DNA from: Candidatus Babelota bacterium
GTDB taxonomy: Bacteria; Babelota; Babeliae; Babelales; Babelaceae
DNA length: 56,730 nt
Reading direction: 5' to 3'
Assembly (NCBI GenBank): GCA_013815795.1
Contig: JACDFK010000001.1
Coordinates: 1-56,730, forward strand
Shown: piece by piece, positions 17,176 through 27,521 of the stretch
Layout of the letters: each line of letters starts with the position of its first letter
Position numbering within the stretch: position 1 is the stretch's first letter
Translations under genes and position numbers: made by a program
The notes under the pieces: generated by a model
What the model was told of the DNA's origin: nothing
Database searches by the model: none
Seen by the model: the letters and a program-made list of their open reading frames with translations, nothing else

Positions 17176-18585
17176 TTAAGGCAAAATCTCACCAGAGCCG
17201 ATAACTTCATTTCTCTTAACAGCCTTTTCATACCGCAAACCAAGAACATAGGCAACTAAAAACCAGAATGAAATAACTAAACCAAAAAACACCGATTGAA
17301 CCCCTAGAAGAGCGGTTCCTACTAAGCCGTCAGTATACATATTAAATGAGGAAGCACAGGTCTTTGAAAACTTAACCCCTACTCCATCAATCCATGATTT
17401 CGATTTAAACTGTACCTCTTTTACGGTAGGAATATATAAACTTTCCCGCAAAGGCGCCGCAAAAGCATAGTTTACTGATCGTGTAACAACAAACGCAAAT
17501 ATCGCGGATGAATAGGAAGGATAGAGAACAAATACTATCATAGCAAGACCGGTTGCTGCAGGTATTAATAAGAGAGAACGCCGCTCGCCTAAATAAGAGA
17601 TAAGTGCTCGAGTGCCAAACGTTACTACAAAAAAGGCTACTAAATGTACAAGAAGTGCCTGCCATAAAAGAAAAGCGGTAAATTCCGAGAGCGTATTTGA
17701 CACATGCTTTCCAAAAATAATATTTTCAACCTTCAACGCCTGGCTTATAAGCTCAAAGAAAAAGCTCATTCCAAAAATCCCCATAACGTACGGATATTTA
17801 AACAGCATCACAAGACCAGAAAACATACTATGCACCACCGTAAACCCCTCATCTTTGTGCGTTGCATGACGAATCTTTTGAAGTTTATAACCGGCTTCAT
17901 ACCCATGCAGCTCTTTCTGGGGAACCTTTGTAACTAAATAATAGATTATTAAAGGAACAAAACAGAGAGCTATCGATGAAAGGGCAAGTATAATCTGCAA
18001 ATTAGCCACGTCCGAAAACAGACCACTTCTTAAGAGCACCCATGCTCCGCCTGCCGCAATAATTCCGCCTAACTTAGAACCTGCAATAATAACGGTATAG
18101 TTATTTTTTGCAGAAGAAGGAGCGGTCATCGAGTTTGCAAATGCCCAAAAAACGCTCACTACCAAGGGAGCATATCCTTCAATGAAAAAATAAAAAAACC
18201 ATCCAAAAAGACGGTAAGGACTACTGACGACATTGGGTAAACCGATATCCTTATGCCCTAAAAAATAGACAAAAACAAATCCTAAAATGCCATAAAAAAG
18301 AGCATATATATATAAAAGATAATGTCGACGTAATAAGTCAACTAACCGAGAATGAAAGAAAATGGCCGGAACCAATATAAACATGGAAGCAATCTTTGCA
18401 TATGCTAAAAATCTTCTGTCAGAACCCACAATCGTTGAAAATACTGCATCCTTAAGCTCACGAGTAACAGTATAAGCTCCAATTACAAAGAAAAATGCAA
18501 TAGCTAAGAGAGCAACCTTAAGCAACTCGTGACGCTCAACCTCAAAAAGAAAACCAACAACTCGCTTAAATCTCGATTTCATCAA
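17176..18585 (-). CDS. TLC-family nucleotide (ATP/ADP-type) translocase, divergent paralogue 1
   Basis: Polytopic membrane protein. The N-terminal HELLKVALLAIAFFFVIGAYTVTRELKDAVFSTIVG follows the TLC pattern E..KF......F.I...Y..LR..KD. Conserved IPT-x-(K/E)-(D/E)V-x-FKSK-(S/A)WID block. Confidence 0.85.
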   Translation of the reverse strand: MMKSRFKRVVGFLFEVERHELLKVALLAIAFFFVIGAYTVTRELKDAVFSTIVGSDRRFLAYAKIASMFILVPAIFFHSRLVDLLRRHYLLYIYALFYGILGFVFVYFLGHKDIGLPNVVSSPYRLFGWFFYFFIEGYAPLVVSVFWAFANSMTAPSSAKNNYTVIIAGSKLGGIIAAGGAWVLLRSGLFSDVANLQIILALSSIALCFVPLIIYYLVTKVPQKELHGYEAGYKLQKIRHATHKDEGFTVVHSMFSGLVMLFKYPYVMGIFGMSFFFELISQALKVENIIFGKHVSNTLSEFTAFLLWQALLVHLVAFFVVTFGTRALISYLGERRSLLLIPAATGLAMIVFVLYPSYSSAIFAFVVTRSVNYAFAAPLRESLYIPTVKEVQFKSKSWIDGVGVKFSKTCASSFNMYTDGLVGTALLGVQSVFFGLVISFWFLVAYVLGLRYEKAVKRNEVIGSGEILP

Positions 18586-18617
18586 TAACTCCCGAAAGCT
18601 TAACTCTATCTTTATAA

Positions 18618-18654
18618 ATCAGGCCTTTCTCAAATAATTTGAGAAAGGCCTGAT
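18618..18654. terminator. Perfect 17-bp stem / 3-nt loop hairpin between NTT paralogues 2 and 1
   Basis: atcaggcctttctcaaa-taa-tttgagaaaggcctgat. A T7 run follows on the plus strand and TTATAAAG on the minus strand, so it is probably a bidirectional or minus-strand terminator. Confidence 0.55.
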
Positions 18655-18681
18655 TTTTTTCACTTTAAATATATCGCTGAA

Positions 18682-20115
18682 CTAACATACTACTTTGTTA
18701 GCATCCACTGCTTTCTGATAGGTTCTTCCAAGATAGAGTGCTACAACTATCCATACAGCAATAATACCAAAGAAAAGGTAACTACTTATAGCCATATGAT
18801 AGAAAGTTCCCTTATCAAGGTTGACGTCAAACATATTCTTTTTGGCGAACGTTTCGTTTAACTTACCATTTGCTCCCCACTCAGGGCCATTTGAAATCAT
18901 AAGTGACTTATGATAATCGTTCAACGCTGAGCCAGATGCCTTCGATCCACGTGATCCAAAACTATCGATCCATGCTTGTGATTTAAAACGAACATCCTTT
19001 GTTGTAGGAATATATAACTGTTTCATTGAAGGGCTATTAAGCGCATAGTTTATCGCTTTTGATGCTACCATCAACCAGAAGAATGGTTTTAAAGCTGGAT
19101 AAAACTTAAATACACCTATTGCCAAACCAACAACGATAGGCATTAAAGTTAATGAAGTCGTTAAGCCTAATCTTCTTTGAATGTTACTAATACCAAACAA
19201 GAGACACAGGAATGTTGCAAGATTTGCATAAAAAGCATAAGAGCCTAAATAAGCAGATTTAACAACAGGATCTAATACCTGTGCTTGAACCATCATTTTG
19301 AAATAGTAATCAAATACCGTTACGATAAATTCATAGAAAAAGATAACTCCTAAAATACCTAGAAGATAAGGTTGCTTAAGCATAAGTGTAAGTCCTTCAA
19401 AGAACCCAGGCTCAGCTTCAGCAGTTTCATGCCCTTTTTCTACAAATCCAACCATCTGCTCTTTAGCAACATTCGATCTGAAGAACATAACCATAGGAAT
19501 AATTAAGAAGGTTAAGAGTCCAGAAAGAAGTACTACCCACGCGTTACTTACGCCAAAATGTAAAGGTATACCGGTTAATAACAGGGGCCCGAGCATTCCT
19601 CCTATCTGTCCAATCATAACAACAACTGAGAATCCTTTTTTACCAGATTCCGCGGTAGTAATATCGGTGGCAAACGCCCAGAAAAGAGCTACAAAAAGAG
19701 ATCCAAAACTTTCTACAAACACGTACCATACCCAGCCAAGGATACGTGAAGGATCTGCATGGACATTCGCAAGACCAATATTAGAGTCGAACATAAATCC
19801 AGCAAGAACCAGCGTCACAAGACCATAGCCTATACTTAAAACATAGAACAGTACATGCCGAGGCAGCATTTCAACAAGTTTGCTATAGATCATAACAAGG
19901 GGAAAAACAACAAGAAGTGAGAGCATCTTAGCTCGCGGTTGATAGGAACCACCAACGATGTCTTGGAAAAGGGCATCTTTCATAGGACGTAATGTCCAGT
20001 AGATTCCAATTATAAGGCCAAAAATAAGTCCTAAAAGTAAAAACTTTTTCAACTCTTCCGCATCAAAATCGCCAAATAATACTCTTAAAAAATCTTTAAC
20101 TTTTGAAGGCACCAT
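18682..20115 (-). CDS. TLC-family nucleotide (ATP/ADP-type) translocase, paralogue 2
   Basis: EELKKFLLLGLIFGLIIGIYWTLRPMKDALFQDIVG, about 12 hydrophobic segments, WAFATD motif, YIPTTKDVRFKSQAWID block. Confidence 0.88.
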   Translation of the reverse strand: MVPSKVKDFLRVLFGDFDAEELKKFLLLGLIFGLIIGIYWTLRPMKDALFQDIVGGSYQPRAKMLSLLVVFPLVMIYSKLVEMLPRHVLFYVLSIGYGLVTLVLAGFMFDSNIGLANVHADPSRILGWVWYVFVESFGSLFVALFWAFATDITTAESGKKGFSVVVMIGQIGGMLGPLLLTGIPLHFGVSNAWVVLLSGLLTFLIIPMVMFFRSNVAKEQMVGFVEKGHETAEAEPGFFEGLTLMLKQPYLLGILGVIFFYEFIVTVFDYYFKMMVQAQVLDPVVKSAYLGSYAFYANLATFLCLLFGISNIQRRLGLTTSLTLMPIVVGLAIGVFKFYPALKPFFWLMVASKAINYALNSPSMKQLYIPTTKDVRFKSQAWIDSFGSRGSKASGSALNDYHKSLMISNGPEWGANGKLNETFAKKNMFDVNLDKGTFYHMAISSYLFFGIIAVWIVVALYLGRTYQKAVDANKVVC

Positions 20116-20402
20116 ACAGTAATCCTTAATGTATTAAATTTTCATATATACCTATAGAGGGTCAACGTCAGGCGCTTTGTCGCGCGTTTTTTGATTTTTT
20201 TTACATCATAGAGCAATCTCCCTCATAGTAGGTAGGCACACTTTTCTTTCTAAAAAAGTTAACTCCCCTATTATATCTTTTTTAAATAAGTATAGCCACT
20301 AAAAAAACCAAATCCCCGCAAGAATACAACATAAATTCAATAATACACGCTTAAAACCCTCAAGAAAAAGCCACTTTCTTCTGCATAGTATAGATTATTT
20401 AA

Positions 20403-21716
20403 TTAACAGACTACTGTATTTGAATCGACCGATTTTTTATACGTTTTACCTACATAAAGAGCAACAACAATCCACAACAGAATGCTACCACCTAAAAGAA
20501 AGCTACTGTTATTCAGAGAAGACAAACCTGCCAATCCCGGCCCAAAAACTTCTATCCATGCTTGAGATTTGAAATGCACATCGCTTGAAGTAGGAACATA
20601 TAATTGACGTAGAGCGGATCTATAAAGCATCTGTGCTATCGCCTGGGATAGTACCATTAACCAAAACAGTAGGTTCGTTTGAGCATGATACTTAAACGCC
20701 AGAGCTACCAACCCGAAAAGTAACGGCATGAAAACGAGCAAAGCGGGAACTGCTCTCCATCTTCGAAGGATAATTATACCAAAAAGAAAACAGAGAAATA
20801 TTCCTATATTTACATAAAAAGCATAGGACCCTATATAAGATATCCTCTCAAAGGGCGCAGGAAATTGTGTTCGAGCTAATGTTCTGAAATAACTACTAAG
20901 CTCCGTCCCAATGAGCCCCTGAAAAAAGAAAATTCCTAAGATACCTATAAGATAGGGTTGAGTAAGTATAAGCGTAAGTCCTTTAAAAATTCCCGGTTCG
21001 CCTGCAGGGGTATCAGCTCTTTTTTCAGTAAAACCAATCATCTGTTCGGGTGAAACCCGTGCTTTAAGAACCCTCACAAGAGGAACAATTAAAAACATCA
21101 AAAGCCCAGAAAAAATAAATATCCACGCATTACTTATCACATTAAAATGCATACCAAAGCGTAGCGATAAGTTAGTTACCAAAAGAGGCACAAACGTTCT
21201 TCCGAGCACTCCAACCATCAGTACCACTAAAAATCCTTTTTCAGCCGACTTTGGTGTCGTACTATCGGTCGCGAATGCCCAAAAAAGAGCAACAAACAGA
21301 GATCCAAAACTTTGTATAAACACGTACAACACCCATCCCAGCATATGAGAAGGATCTGCCTGTCCGTTAGCAAAATCCCTAGGGAGGTAAAACACCAAAC
21401 CAGCAATAACTAATGAGGTAAAACCATAGACTATACTCAAAACAGAGAACAGTGCTTCTCGGGATAATTTCTCCACAAGTTTACTATATATCAGAACTAA
21501 GGGGATCATACTTATCAAAGAGATAATTTGGGCTCGTTGGATAAACTCCCCCCCTACAATGTCTTTAAAAAGGACATCTCTAACAATAGCAAGTGCCGCA
21601 TAGATACCGATTATATGACCTAGCACAACTCCCAAAAGCAGAAACTTTTTTAATTCTTCTCGATTAAAATCACCAAAGAGTTGTGTGAAAATATATTTAG
21701 TATACTGAAAAGCCAT
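20403..21716 (-). CDS. TLC-family nucleotide translocase, paralogue 3; close copy of paralogue 2 with a C-terminal internal deletion
   Basis: Collinear with 18682..20115 (EELKKFLLLG..., WAFATD, YVPTSSDVHFKSQAWIE, both end in VVC). It lacks ~45 aa before the last hydrophobic segment. Confidence 0.8.
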   Translation of the reverse strand: MAFQYTKYIFTQLFGDFNREELKKFLLLGVVLGHIIGIYAALAIVRDVLFKDIVGGEFIQRAQIISLISMIPLVLIYSKLVEKLSREALFSVLSIVYGFTSLVIAGLVFYLPRDFANGQADPSHMLGWVLYVFIQSFGSLFVALFWAFATDSTTPKSAEKGFLVVLMVGVLGRTFVPLLVTNLSLRFGMHFNVISNAWIFIFSGLLMFLIVPLVRVLKARVSPEQMIGFTEKRADTPAGEPGIFKGLTLILTQPYLIGILGIFFFQGLIGTELSSYFRTLARTQFPAPFERISYIGSYAFYVNIGIFLCFLFGIIILRRWRAVPALLVFMPLLFGLVALAFKYHAQTNLLFWLMVLSQAIAQMLYRSALRQLYVPTSSDVHFKSQAWIEVFGPGLAGLSSLNNSSFLLGGSILLWIVVALYVGKTYKKSVDSNTVVC

Positions 21717-21773
21717 ATAATACCCCTTACGTTATTAAATTTTTTATACAGACGTCGACCTGGAAGGAAAAAA

Positions 21774-21792
21774 GCCCGCCGTCTTTGCAGGC
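21774..21792 (-). terminator. Intrinsic-terminator-like hairpin plus T6 inside the 5' region of NTT paralogue 3
   Basis: The minus strand reads GCCTGC-aaagacg-GCGGGC followed by TTTTTTCC, 58 nt upstream of the ATG at 21716. No minus-strand gene lies upstream of it. Confidence 0.45.
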
Positions 21793-22144
21793 TATTGTCA
21801 ACCTATATAACCATTAAAGACATACTTCGTGCAAGAGATTCTTGCACGAAGTAATCCCTGTTCTATTACCACCTTACAGATCATCCTACATGATGAACTC
21901 TTCAACACAGTTTAAGAGTATAATCCTTAACAGAGCTTTCTGTTTCGTAAATTTTTGAATGTCTTAAAAGAAAATATAATTTCGCGCCCTTGGTAAAGCT
22001 CTTATGAAGCTTCCTGTAAAAGAGAACGGGTCTCTTTTACAAACCGGAAAATTAACGGTAATGGATTTAATTATAAAATATGTTATAATTAAAATAGTTA
22101 ATAATTTTAATCTAACTTTTGAAAAAATCATAAAAAGGACTTCT

Positions 22145-23065
22145 ATGAAAAAAATTCTCCTTCTTTCTTTACTTGGATTACCTACCATACCCGTAGTAGG
22201 TATGGAAAATCAAAAAGAAATACAAATCAGCGATGATTGTGGTTTCATTAATAGTCCTTTTGCTTTTCTTATACATTATGCACCTCTATTAAAAGCATTA
22301 AATAAGAGAGAAACTATCTCTAAAGAAGAGATAAGAAATCTATTGAAAGATGGCAAAAAAGTAATCGTGGCAGCTTTAGAAAAAATGGATTTTTCAATTA
22401 TAGAAAACATCGATTTTGATACCATAGAAGTAAGTTCAAATAAAACTTGTGCAAGCGATTCGCAGATTTATCTTAAAGAATCTGACATTGGTTCCCGGAT
22501 GGGCCTTAAATACCAGCTGTTATTTCTTGCTTTTGATAATCTAGAACTCGAGGAAGCAAGGGAATTAATTAAAGATATAGCTCTTATGGATCAAGAACTA
22601 TATATACGTCTTTGCGATACTGTTGAGCCTTGGTTTTGGGAAGATTATAAAAAATCTCTGCTATCTGAGAAACAAGCAGAAGAAAGAGATAATGCTCTTA
22701 TAGACCAAGAACTTTTTATGATTTTGAAACCGGATTGTCAAGAAAAACCCCAAGGGCCACTGCCATGGGAAGCCTATGAAATACCTCTTTTAAAAGAAGC
22801 GCTCGCTAAAGAGCTGCTTTTAACGTCCTACCAAGCACCTATTTTTTCAGTATTAGATATACTCATCATAAAATTACAAGAATTATCACGAACACCGGAA
22901 AATAACAGTCCTAAAGTTGAAGAACTGTATTGTTTTCTTGCATGGCTTGCAGAGAACGGAATAAAGGATAGTATAAAAGGTAGAGAACTGGGTAGAACAG
23001 CTATTGAACAGGCAAAAAGCGAGGGTCTTACCGATCTAGCTAAATACTTAGAATTTCTATTTTAA
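22145..23065 (+). CDS. Hypothetical secreted alpha-helical protein with an internal repeat
   Basis: AAAGGA precedes the ATG at 22145, and MKKILLLSLLGLPTIPVVG is signal-like (the track start 22004 is probably too long). Internal repeat ALMDQELYIRL...PWFWEDY...LL-E versus ALIDQELFMIL...PLPWEAY...LL-E. Confidence 0.6.
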   Translation: MKKILLLSLLGLPTIPVVGMENQKEIQISDDCGFINSPFAFLIHYAPLLKALNKRETISKEEIRNLLKDGKKVIVAALEKMDFSIIENIDFDTIEVSSNKTCASDSQIYLKESDIGSRMGLKYQLLFLAFDNLELEEARELIKDIALMDQELYIRLCDTVEPWFWEDYKKSLLSEKQAEERDNALIDQELFMILKPDCQEKPQGPLPWEAYEIPLLKEALAKELLLTSYQAPIFSVLDILIIKLQELSRTPENNSPKVEELYCFLAWLAENGIKDSIKGRELGRTAIEQAKSEGLTDLAKYLEFLF

Positions 23066-23639
23066 ATCAGTGATTTTTCACACAAAAAAACATACCTCAA
23101 AGAAAGGGCTTAGAGTTCTCGCTTCAAGCCCTTTCCTCATCTGTTACTCCTATTTCTAAAGTTTCCTTAGCAGCTTTACTAGCACCCTACAGTGTATCTA
23201 CTTCTTCTCAAGAGATTTTAGCCCTCATCTAATAAAAGGCCCCCCTATTTTTCATCACCTGCTCATAAAACTTTCATGAGATTCATCTAGAAACAGCCCG
23301 TTTATAACACCTGTACTGTCACTTTAAAAAAGAAGATATATCTATCACTAAAAACCTTTGGTGGTTCAATGATCTATCTTCAATAAGCAAAAAAAGTTCT
23401 CATTTTCACCCTATTTTTTTATCCTATGAAGCCACTTAAAAAGGAGAGAGCCCCTGGGATCCTATACAGATTGAGTGACTTATGCTAAAATAATGTTAGT
23501 CTTTTTTAGAAGGATTTTCATTAAAAGATCTTTTGTAAAACTCTTTTAATGAAAGATACCGCTAAAAAATACAAAGAAAAAATACTTGCTCCCTAGAAGG
23601 AAACTAGGATAGAATGGTTTATACAACCACATACTACTA

Positions 23640-26126
23640 ATGAGGCACCTAATGATTGATAATGAAAACAATAATGAGTCGACAACGCTCGCGCTTTTAC
23701 CCCTAAAAAACGTTGTTATTTTACCAAAAAGTATTATACCAATAATAGTAGGCCGAGCATCATCTATTGCTGCAGTTGAATATTCACTTCGACATAACAA
23801 GGCGATTTTTATTACCGCACAGATCCATCCTGATATTGAACATCCGACAGAAAAAGATGTTTTTGTACATGGGACCCGATCAACAATTCTGCAGGTAATG
23901 CGTATGCCTAAAGGCACACTTAAAATACTTGTAGAAGGCATCTGTCGCTCAAAAATTGTTAAGAGCGAATTAGTGGAAAATTTTATAACGGTTGAAATCG
24001 AAGATCTTCCTACTACTAGTCTTGAAAAAACTATTGAACTAGAAGCTCTCTGGAGACAACTTAAGTCTCTCTACGGCGCTTATGCACAGCTTAATACCAA
24101 AATTCCACTGGATCTTATGACCTCTACCAAGAGCAGTGAAGACATGGATAATATTGTCGATACATTGGCTGTTCATTTAAATCTTTCCTTCGAAGAGCGT
24201 CAAGAGATTCTTGAAGTACCCGATCTTAAAGAACGTATTGTAAAATTATGCGCATTTCTTCAACGTGAAATAGATATTTTAGAAACTGAAGAGCGTATCA
24301 GAGGAAGTATTCAAAAGCAGGTCGAGAAAAACCAAAGAGAATATTATCTGACTGAACAGATGAAAGCTATCCAAAAAGAGCTCGGTCGTGATGATGTCCA
24401 ATCCGATCTTTCTCACATACGCTCAAAGCTTAAGAGTTTGGGATTAAGTCCCGAAGCTCATGATAAGGTTGAAAAAGAGCTCAGAAGACTTGAACAGATG
24501 CCTCCACTCTCACAAGAAGCGGTAGTCAGTAGAAACTATATTGACTGGATCATCTCTATGCCATGGACTAAGGTATCGAAAGACTCAATTAGCCTTGAAC
24601 AAGCCGAAATTATCCTTAATAAAAGCCATGCAGGCCTCAAAAAACCAAAAGAACGCATTATCGAGTTCCTTGCTGCTAAAAAGTTCTCTAAAACGCTTGA
24701 ACGGTCACCAATTATCTGCCTAATCGGGCCCCCAGGTGTAGGAAAAACATCGCTTGGCCAGTCGATTGCTGAAAGTCTAGGCCGCGAATTTGTACGTATT
24801 TCTTTGGGTGGACTTAAAGATGAAGCAGAGATACGTGGACATAGAAGAACCTATATTGGAGCTATGCCCGGTAAAATCATTCAGGCTATGAGAAAAGCAA
24901 AAACCTCAAATCCTGTGATACTTTTAGATGAAATAGATAAGATGTCGAGCGACTTTCACGGAGATCCTTCTTCGGCGCTTCTTGAGGTACTCGATCCCGA
25001 ACAAAACAAAACATTTGTCGATCATTTTCTAGAAGTAGAATACGATCTTTCGAAAGTAATGTTTATTGCAACAGCAAATCTTTCTGATGGAATCCCTTAT
25101 GCTTTGTATGATCGTATGGAACGAATAATCCTTTCCGGGTATACCGAAGCTGAAAAAGCTGAAATCGCTCGTTCATTCCTTATTCCTAAAAATCTTAAGG
25201 AATATAGTCTTAAACGTACTCAGTTTAAACTTCCTGATGATATTCTTAAAAAAATTATTAGCGACTATACAAAAGAGGCTGGCGTACGCCAAATTGAACG
25301 CATTATTGCTAAATTAATGAGAAAAACTATTCAGATCCTTTTAAAAGATCCGACGGTAAAAAACGTCACTATTACCAATGAACTCTTAAAAGAATGGCTT
25401 GGCCATCCTCGCTATAGAAGAACAGTATTAGAAAGAGGACCTGAAAGAATTGGACTGGTAACTGGTCTTGCATGGACAGAAGTTGGTGGAGACGTTCTTG
25501 AAATAGAGGTAATTGTTTTACCAGGAAAAGGAGCCTTGACACTTACAGGGCAGTTGGGCGATGTTATGCAAGAGTCAGCTCATGCTGCATTAAGCTACAT
25601 TCGTTCACGTGCTGAAAGCTTAGGTCTTAAAGAGTCATTTTACGCATCAAAAGACATTCACATTCACATTCCCGAAGGGGCTACTCCAAAAGATGGCCCC
25701 TCTGCAGGGATAACCATGTGTTTAGCACTCGTATCTGCTCTCACTAAAAATCCTACTCGGGGAGATGTGGCAATGACCGGTGAGATAACCTTGCGAGGAC
25801 GAGTACTTGCAATTGGTGGGCTCAAAGAAAAACTTCTTGCAGCACGCCAATATGGGATAAAAATAGTACTCATACCTGAAGAAAACCGGGGCGATGTTGA
25901 AGAGATTCTTAAAGATATCGGTACCCAAGACCATCTGAATATTATTTTTGTAACCCATATGGATGAAGTACTAAAACTTGCTTTAGAAAAAAATCCTTTT
26001 GTTCATTCTCTAGAAAAAAATAAAGCTTCCGCTGAAGATGAAGCGGACACTACCAAAGAAACCTCCAGTAAGGAAGCAAAGCCGACTAAAACTCGAGCGC
26101 CTAAAAAAGAAAAGAAATCTGAGTAA
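23640..26126 (+). CDS. lon: ATP-dependent Lon protease
   Basis: LON N-domain, Walker [10 protein letters not shown], Walker B ILLDEIDK, protease Ser motif [11 protein letters not shown], and downstream AIGGLKEK (catalytic Lys region). Confidence 0.95.
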   Translation: MRHLMIDNENNNESTTLALLPLKNVVILPKSIIPIIVGRASSIAAVEYSLRHNKAIFITAQIHPDIEHPTEKDVFVHGTRSTILQVMRMPKGTLKILVEGICRSKIVKSELVENFITVEIEDLPTTSLEKTIELEALWRQLKSLYGAYAQLNTKIPLDLMTSTKSSEDMDNIVDTLAVHLNLSFEERQEILEVPDLKERIVKLCAFLQREIDILETEERIRGSIQKQVEKNQREYYLTEQMKAIQKELGRDDVQSDLSHIRSKLKSLGLSPEAHDKVEKELRRLEQMPPLSQEAVVSRNYIDWIISMPWTKVSKDSISLEQAEIILNKSHAGLKKPKERIIEFLAAKKFSKTLERSPIICLIGPPGVGKTSLGQSIAESLGREFVRISLGGLKDEAEIRGHRRTYIGAMPGKIIQAMRKAKTSNPVILLDEIDKMSSDFHGDPSSALLEVLDPEQNKTFVDHFLEVEYDLSKVMFIATANLSDGIPYALYDRMERIILSGYTEAEKAEIARSFLIPKNLKEYSLKRTQFKLPDDILKKIISDYTKEAGVRQIERIIAKLMRKTIQILLKDPTVKNVTITNELLKEWLGHPRYRRTVLERGPERIGLVTGLAWTEVGGDVLEIEVIVLPGKGALTLTGQLGDVMQESAHAALSYIRSRAESLGLKESFYASKDIHIHIPEGATPKDGPSAGITMCLALVSALTKNPTRGDVAMTGEITLRGRVLAIGGLKEKLLAARQYGIKIVLIPEENRGDVEEILKDIGTQDHLNIIFVTHMDEVLKLALEKNPFVHSLEKNKASAEDEADTTKETSSKEAKPTKTRAPKKEKKSE

Positions 26127-26144
26127 TTCTTATTTCAGTTAGCT

Positions 26145-26197
26145 AAAACATCAAAAAGAGCGAGTAAAATAATTTTACTCGCTCTTTTTGATGTTTT
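26145..26197 (+). terminator. Rho-independent terminator of lon
   Basis: Long perfect inverted repeat aaaacatcaaaaagagcgagtaaaat / attttactcgctctttttgatgtttt, 19 nt after the lon stop, ending in a T-run. Confidence 0.7.
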
Positions 26198-26522
26198 AGA
26201 CCATAACACCTGATAATAAACCTATAATAGTAGTATCAGGCTTACTTATAAACTCGCTTTACTTAGCCATTTTTGCAGTACTCCTTTTAAAAACAACACA
26301 AGCGTTTTTCTAAAAGCCCCCTAGTAATCTATAAAGTAGAAAATCGTAATAAGACAGTATGCTCTCTTTGTTTTACCAGTGAGCACTCTACTCGGGAATA
26401 AGACCAACAATTTGATTAAAATCGAAAAAAAGACAATACTTTTGTTTTAAGAAAAGCTTAATTAGTGGTCCTAAAAAGCCGTTTTTTTATATTACACATT
26501 TACATAACAGTATGGTAAAAGT

Positions 26523-27036
26523 ATGAATAGTTTAAAAAAACTAGCGATATCCTTCTTAGTCCTAAAATTGTTACATTCAAATCTTCACGGTATGAATCAA
26601 TTATTAGAAGAAAGTACATCTAAAAACATTACCTTAAGGTCTGGAAAACTAAGAAATTACTCATACGAGCAGTTTCTTAGTTTTCTCTCTACCTCCTACA
26701 CAGGGATCATTAGAAATCGATCAACCTACAAACATAGAGTATCTCCCTTATTCAGATTACTATCTTAATAATCTCCTTATGTTTCTTTATCTGGAAAGAG
26801 CTCCTGTAAAAATAAGGCAGTATATTGCGTGTCTCCTGCTTGGAAATACGTTAGACCTTAATTTTCAACTTTACAAAACATTCAATCATACAGGTCCAGC
26901 ACAAGAAGTTCATTTCGACCTTAAAAACAGATGTATCCATCTAGAATTGAAAGATACATTAACGAACCAAAAAAAATCGGTCATTGTAGAAATTCTAACA
27001 AAACAAGAACTGTCCCTCTTTCCATCAGTAACATAA
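26523..27036 (+). pseudogene. Truncated, frameshifted copy of the three-module WD40 family; leader and N-module only
   Basis: MNSLKKLAISFLVLKLLHSNLHGMNQLLEESTSKNITL parallels MNFHKKSRFFILFSILQISVLQGMDNPLEKIEKTQDENITV. The second frame gives YLNNLLMFLYLERAPVKIRQYIACLLLGNTLDLNFQLYKTF, parallel to ...ILPPDIKRYITLLMLGHTLDSNFEYLKTF. No WD40 repeats or C-module follow. Confidence 0.55.
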
Positions 27037-27521
27037 AAAATATCGACTCTAAAAAAAGAATTAATCCGTACGATATGTAGATGACCCGTAACCCTTGAAC
27101 CGTACTTGACAACCCTATTATTATAAACTTAAAAAATGGATTTACAGATGAAAATTTTCTACACTACACTGCTCTCTTTAGTCGCTCTAAGCAGCATACT
27201 AACGACAAATTCAATCAGTCAAAAAGAAACGTCAAACGATGATGACCACACTATACCTTATAATAGATTTTAACAAAAAATACCATCTCCATAAACCGAA
27301 ATTTAACTTTACGGTAGGCCTGTGTTTTAACAGTAAAACCGTGTAGCAATACTGTAAAAGTGAATAAAAGGCGCTGGACTCTACAAAGATAAAGAATTTA
27401 ATCATCAGAAAAAAGTTATGAGCAGTAGTTAAAAGCTTAAAGTAATTCTTCGCGGGAAGCAGACTTTTTGTTAAGAAAATAAGAAAGGAGAGAGTGGAGT
27501 ACACACCCTCTCCTCATCATT

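Noticed and set aside
20116-20402. A plus-strand terminator-like element GCGC-tttgtc-GCGC followed by T-runs in the ntt2-ntt3 spacer.
   Set aside because: The stem is only 4 bp and it lies on the strand opposite to all neighbouring genes. It is more likely fortuitous, or part of the ntt2 leader when read in reverse.
21964-22188. ORF 21964..22188 (-), and the long N-terminal extension of 22004..23065.
   Set aside because: This is an AT-rich region with no RBS. The 22145 ATG has an RBS and yields a clean signal peptide, so the minus ORF overlaps the true 5' end and is probably noise.
25732-25758. CIRCE-like sequence TTAGCACTC-N9-CTCACTAAA.
   Set aside because: It lies inside the lon coding region. 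The second half-site is not the inverted complement (GAGTGCTAA) required for HrcA binding.
27232-27504. ORF 27232..27504 (-) and a 44-codon plus-strand ORF at 27136 (MDLQMKIFYTLLSLVALSS...).
   Set aside because: Low-complexity AT-rich translation with no RBS or family similarity. The short plus ORF has a leader-like sequence but is too short to support without expression data.
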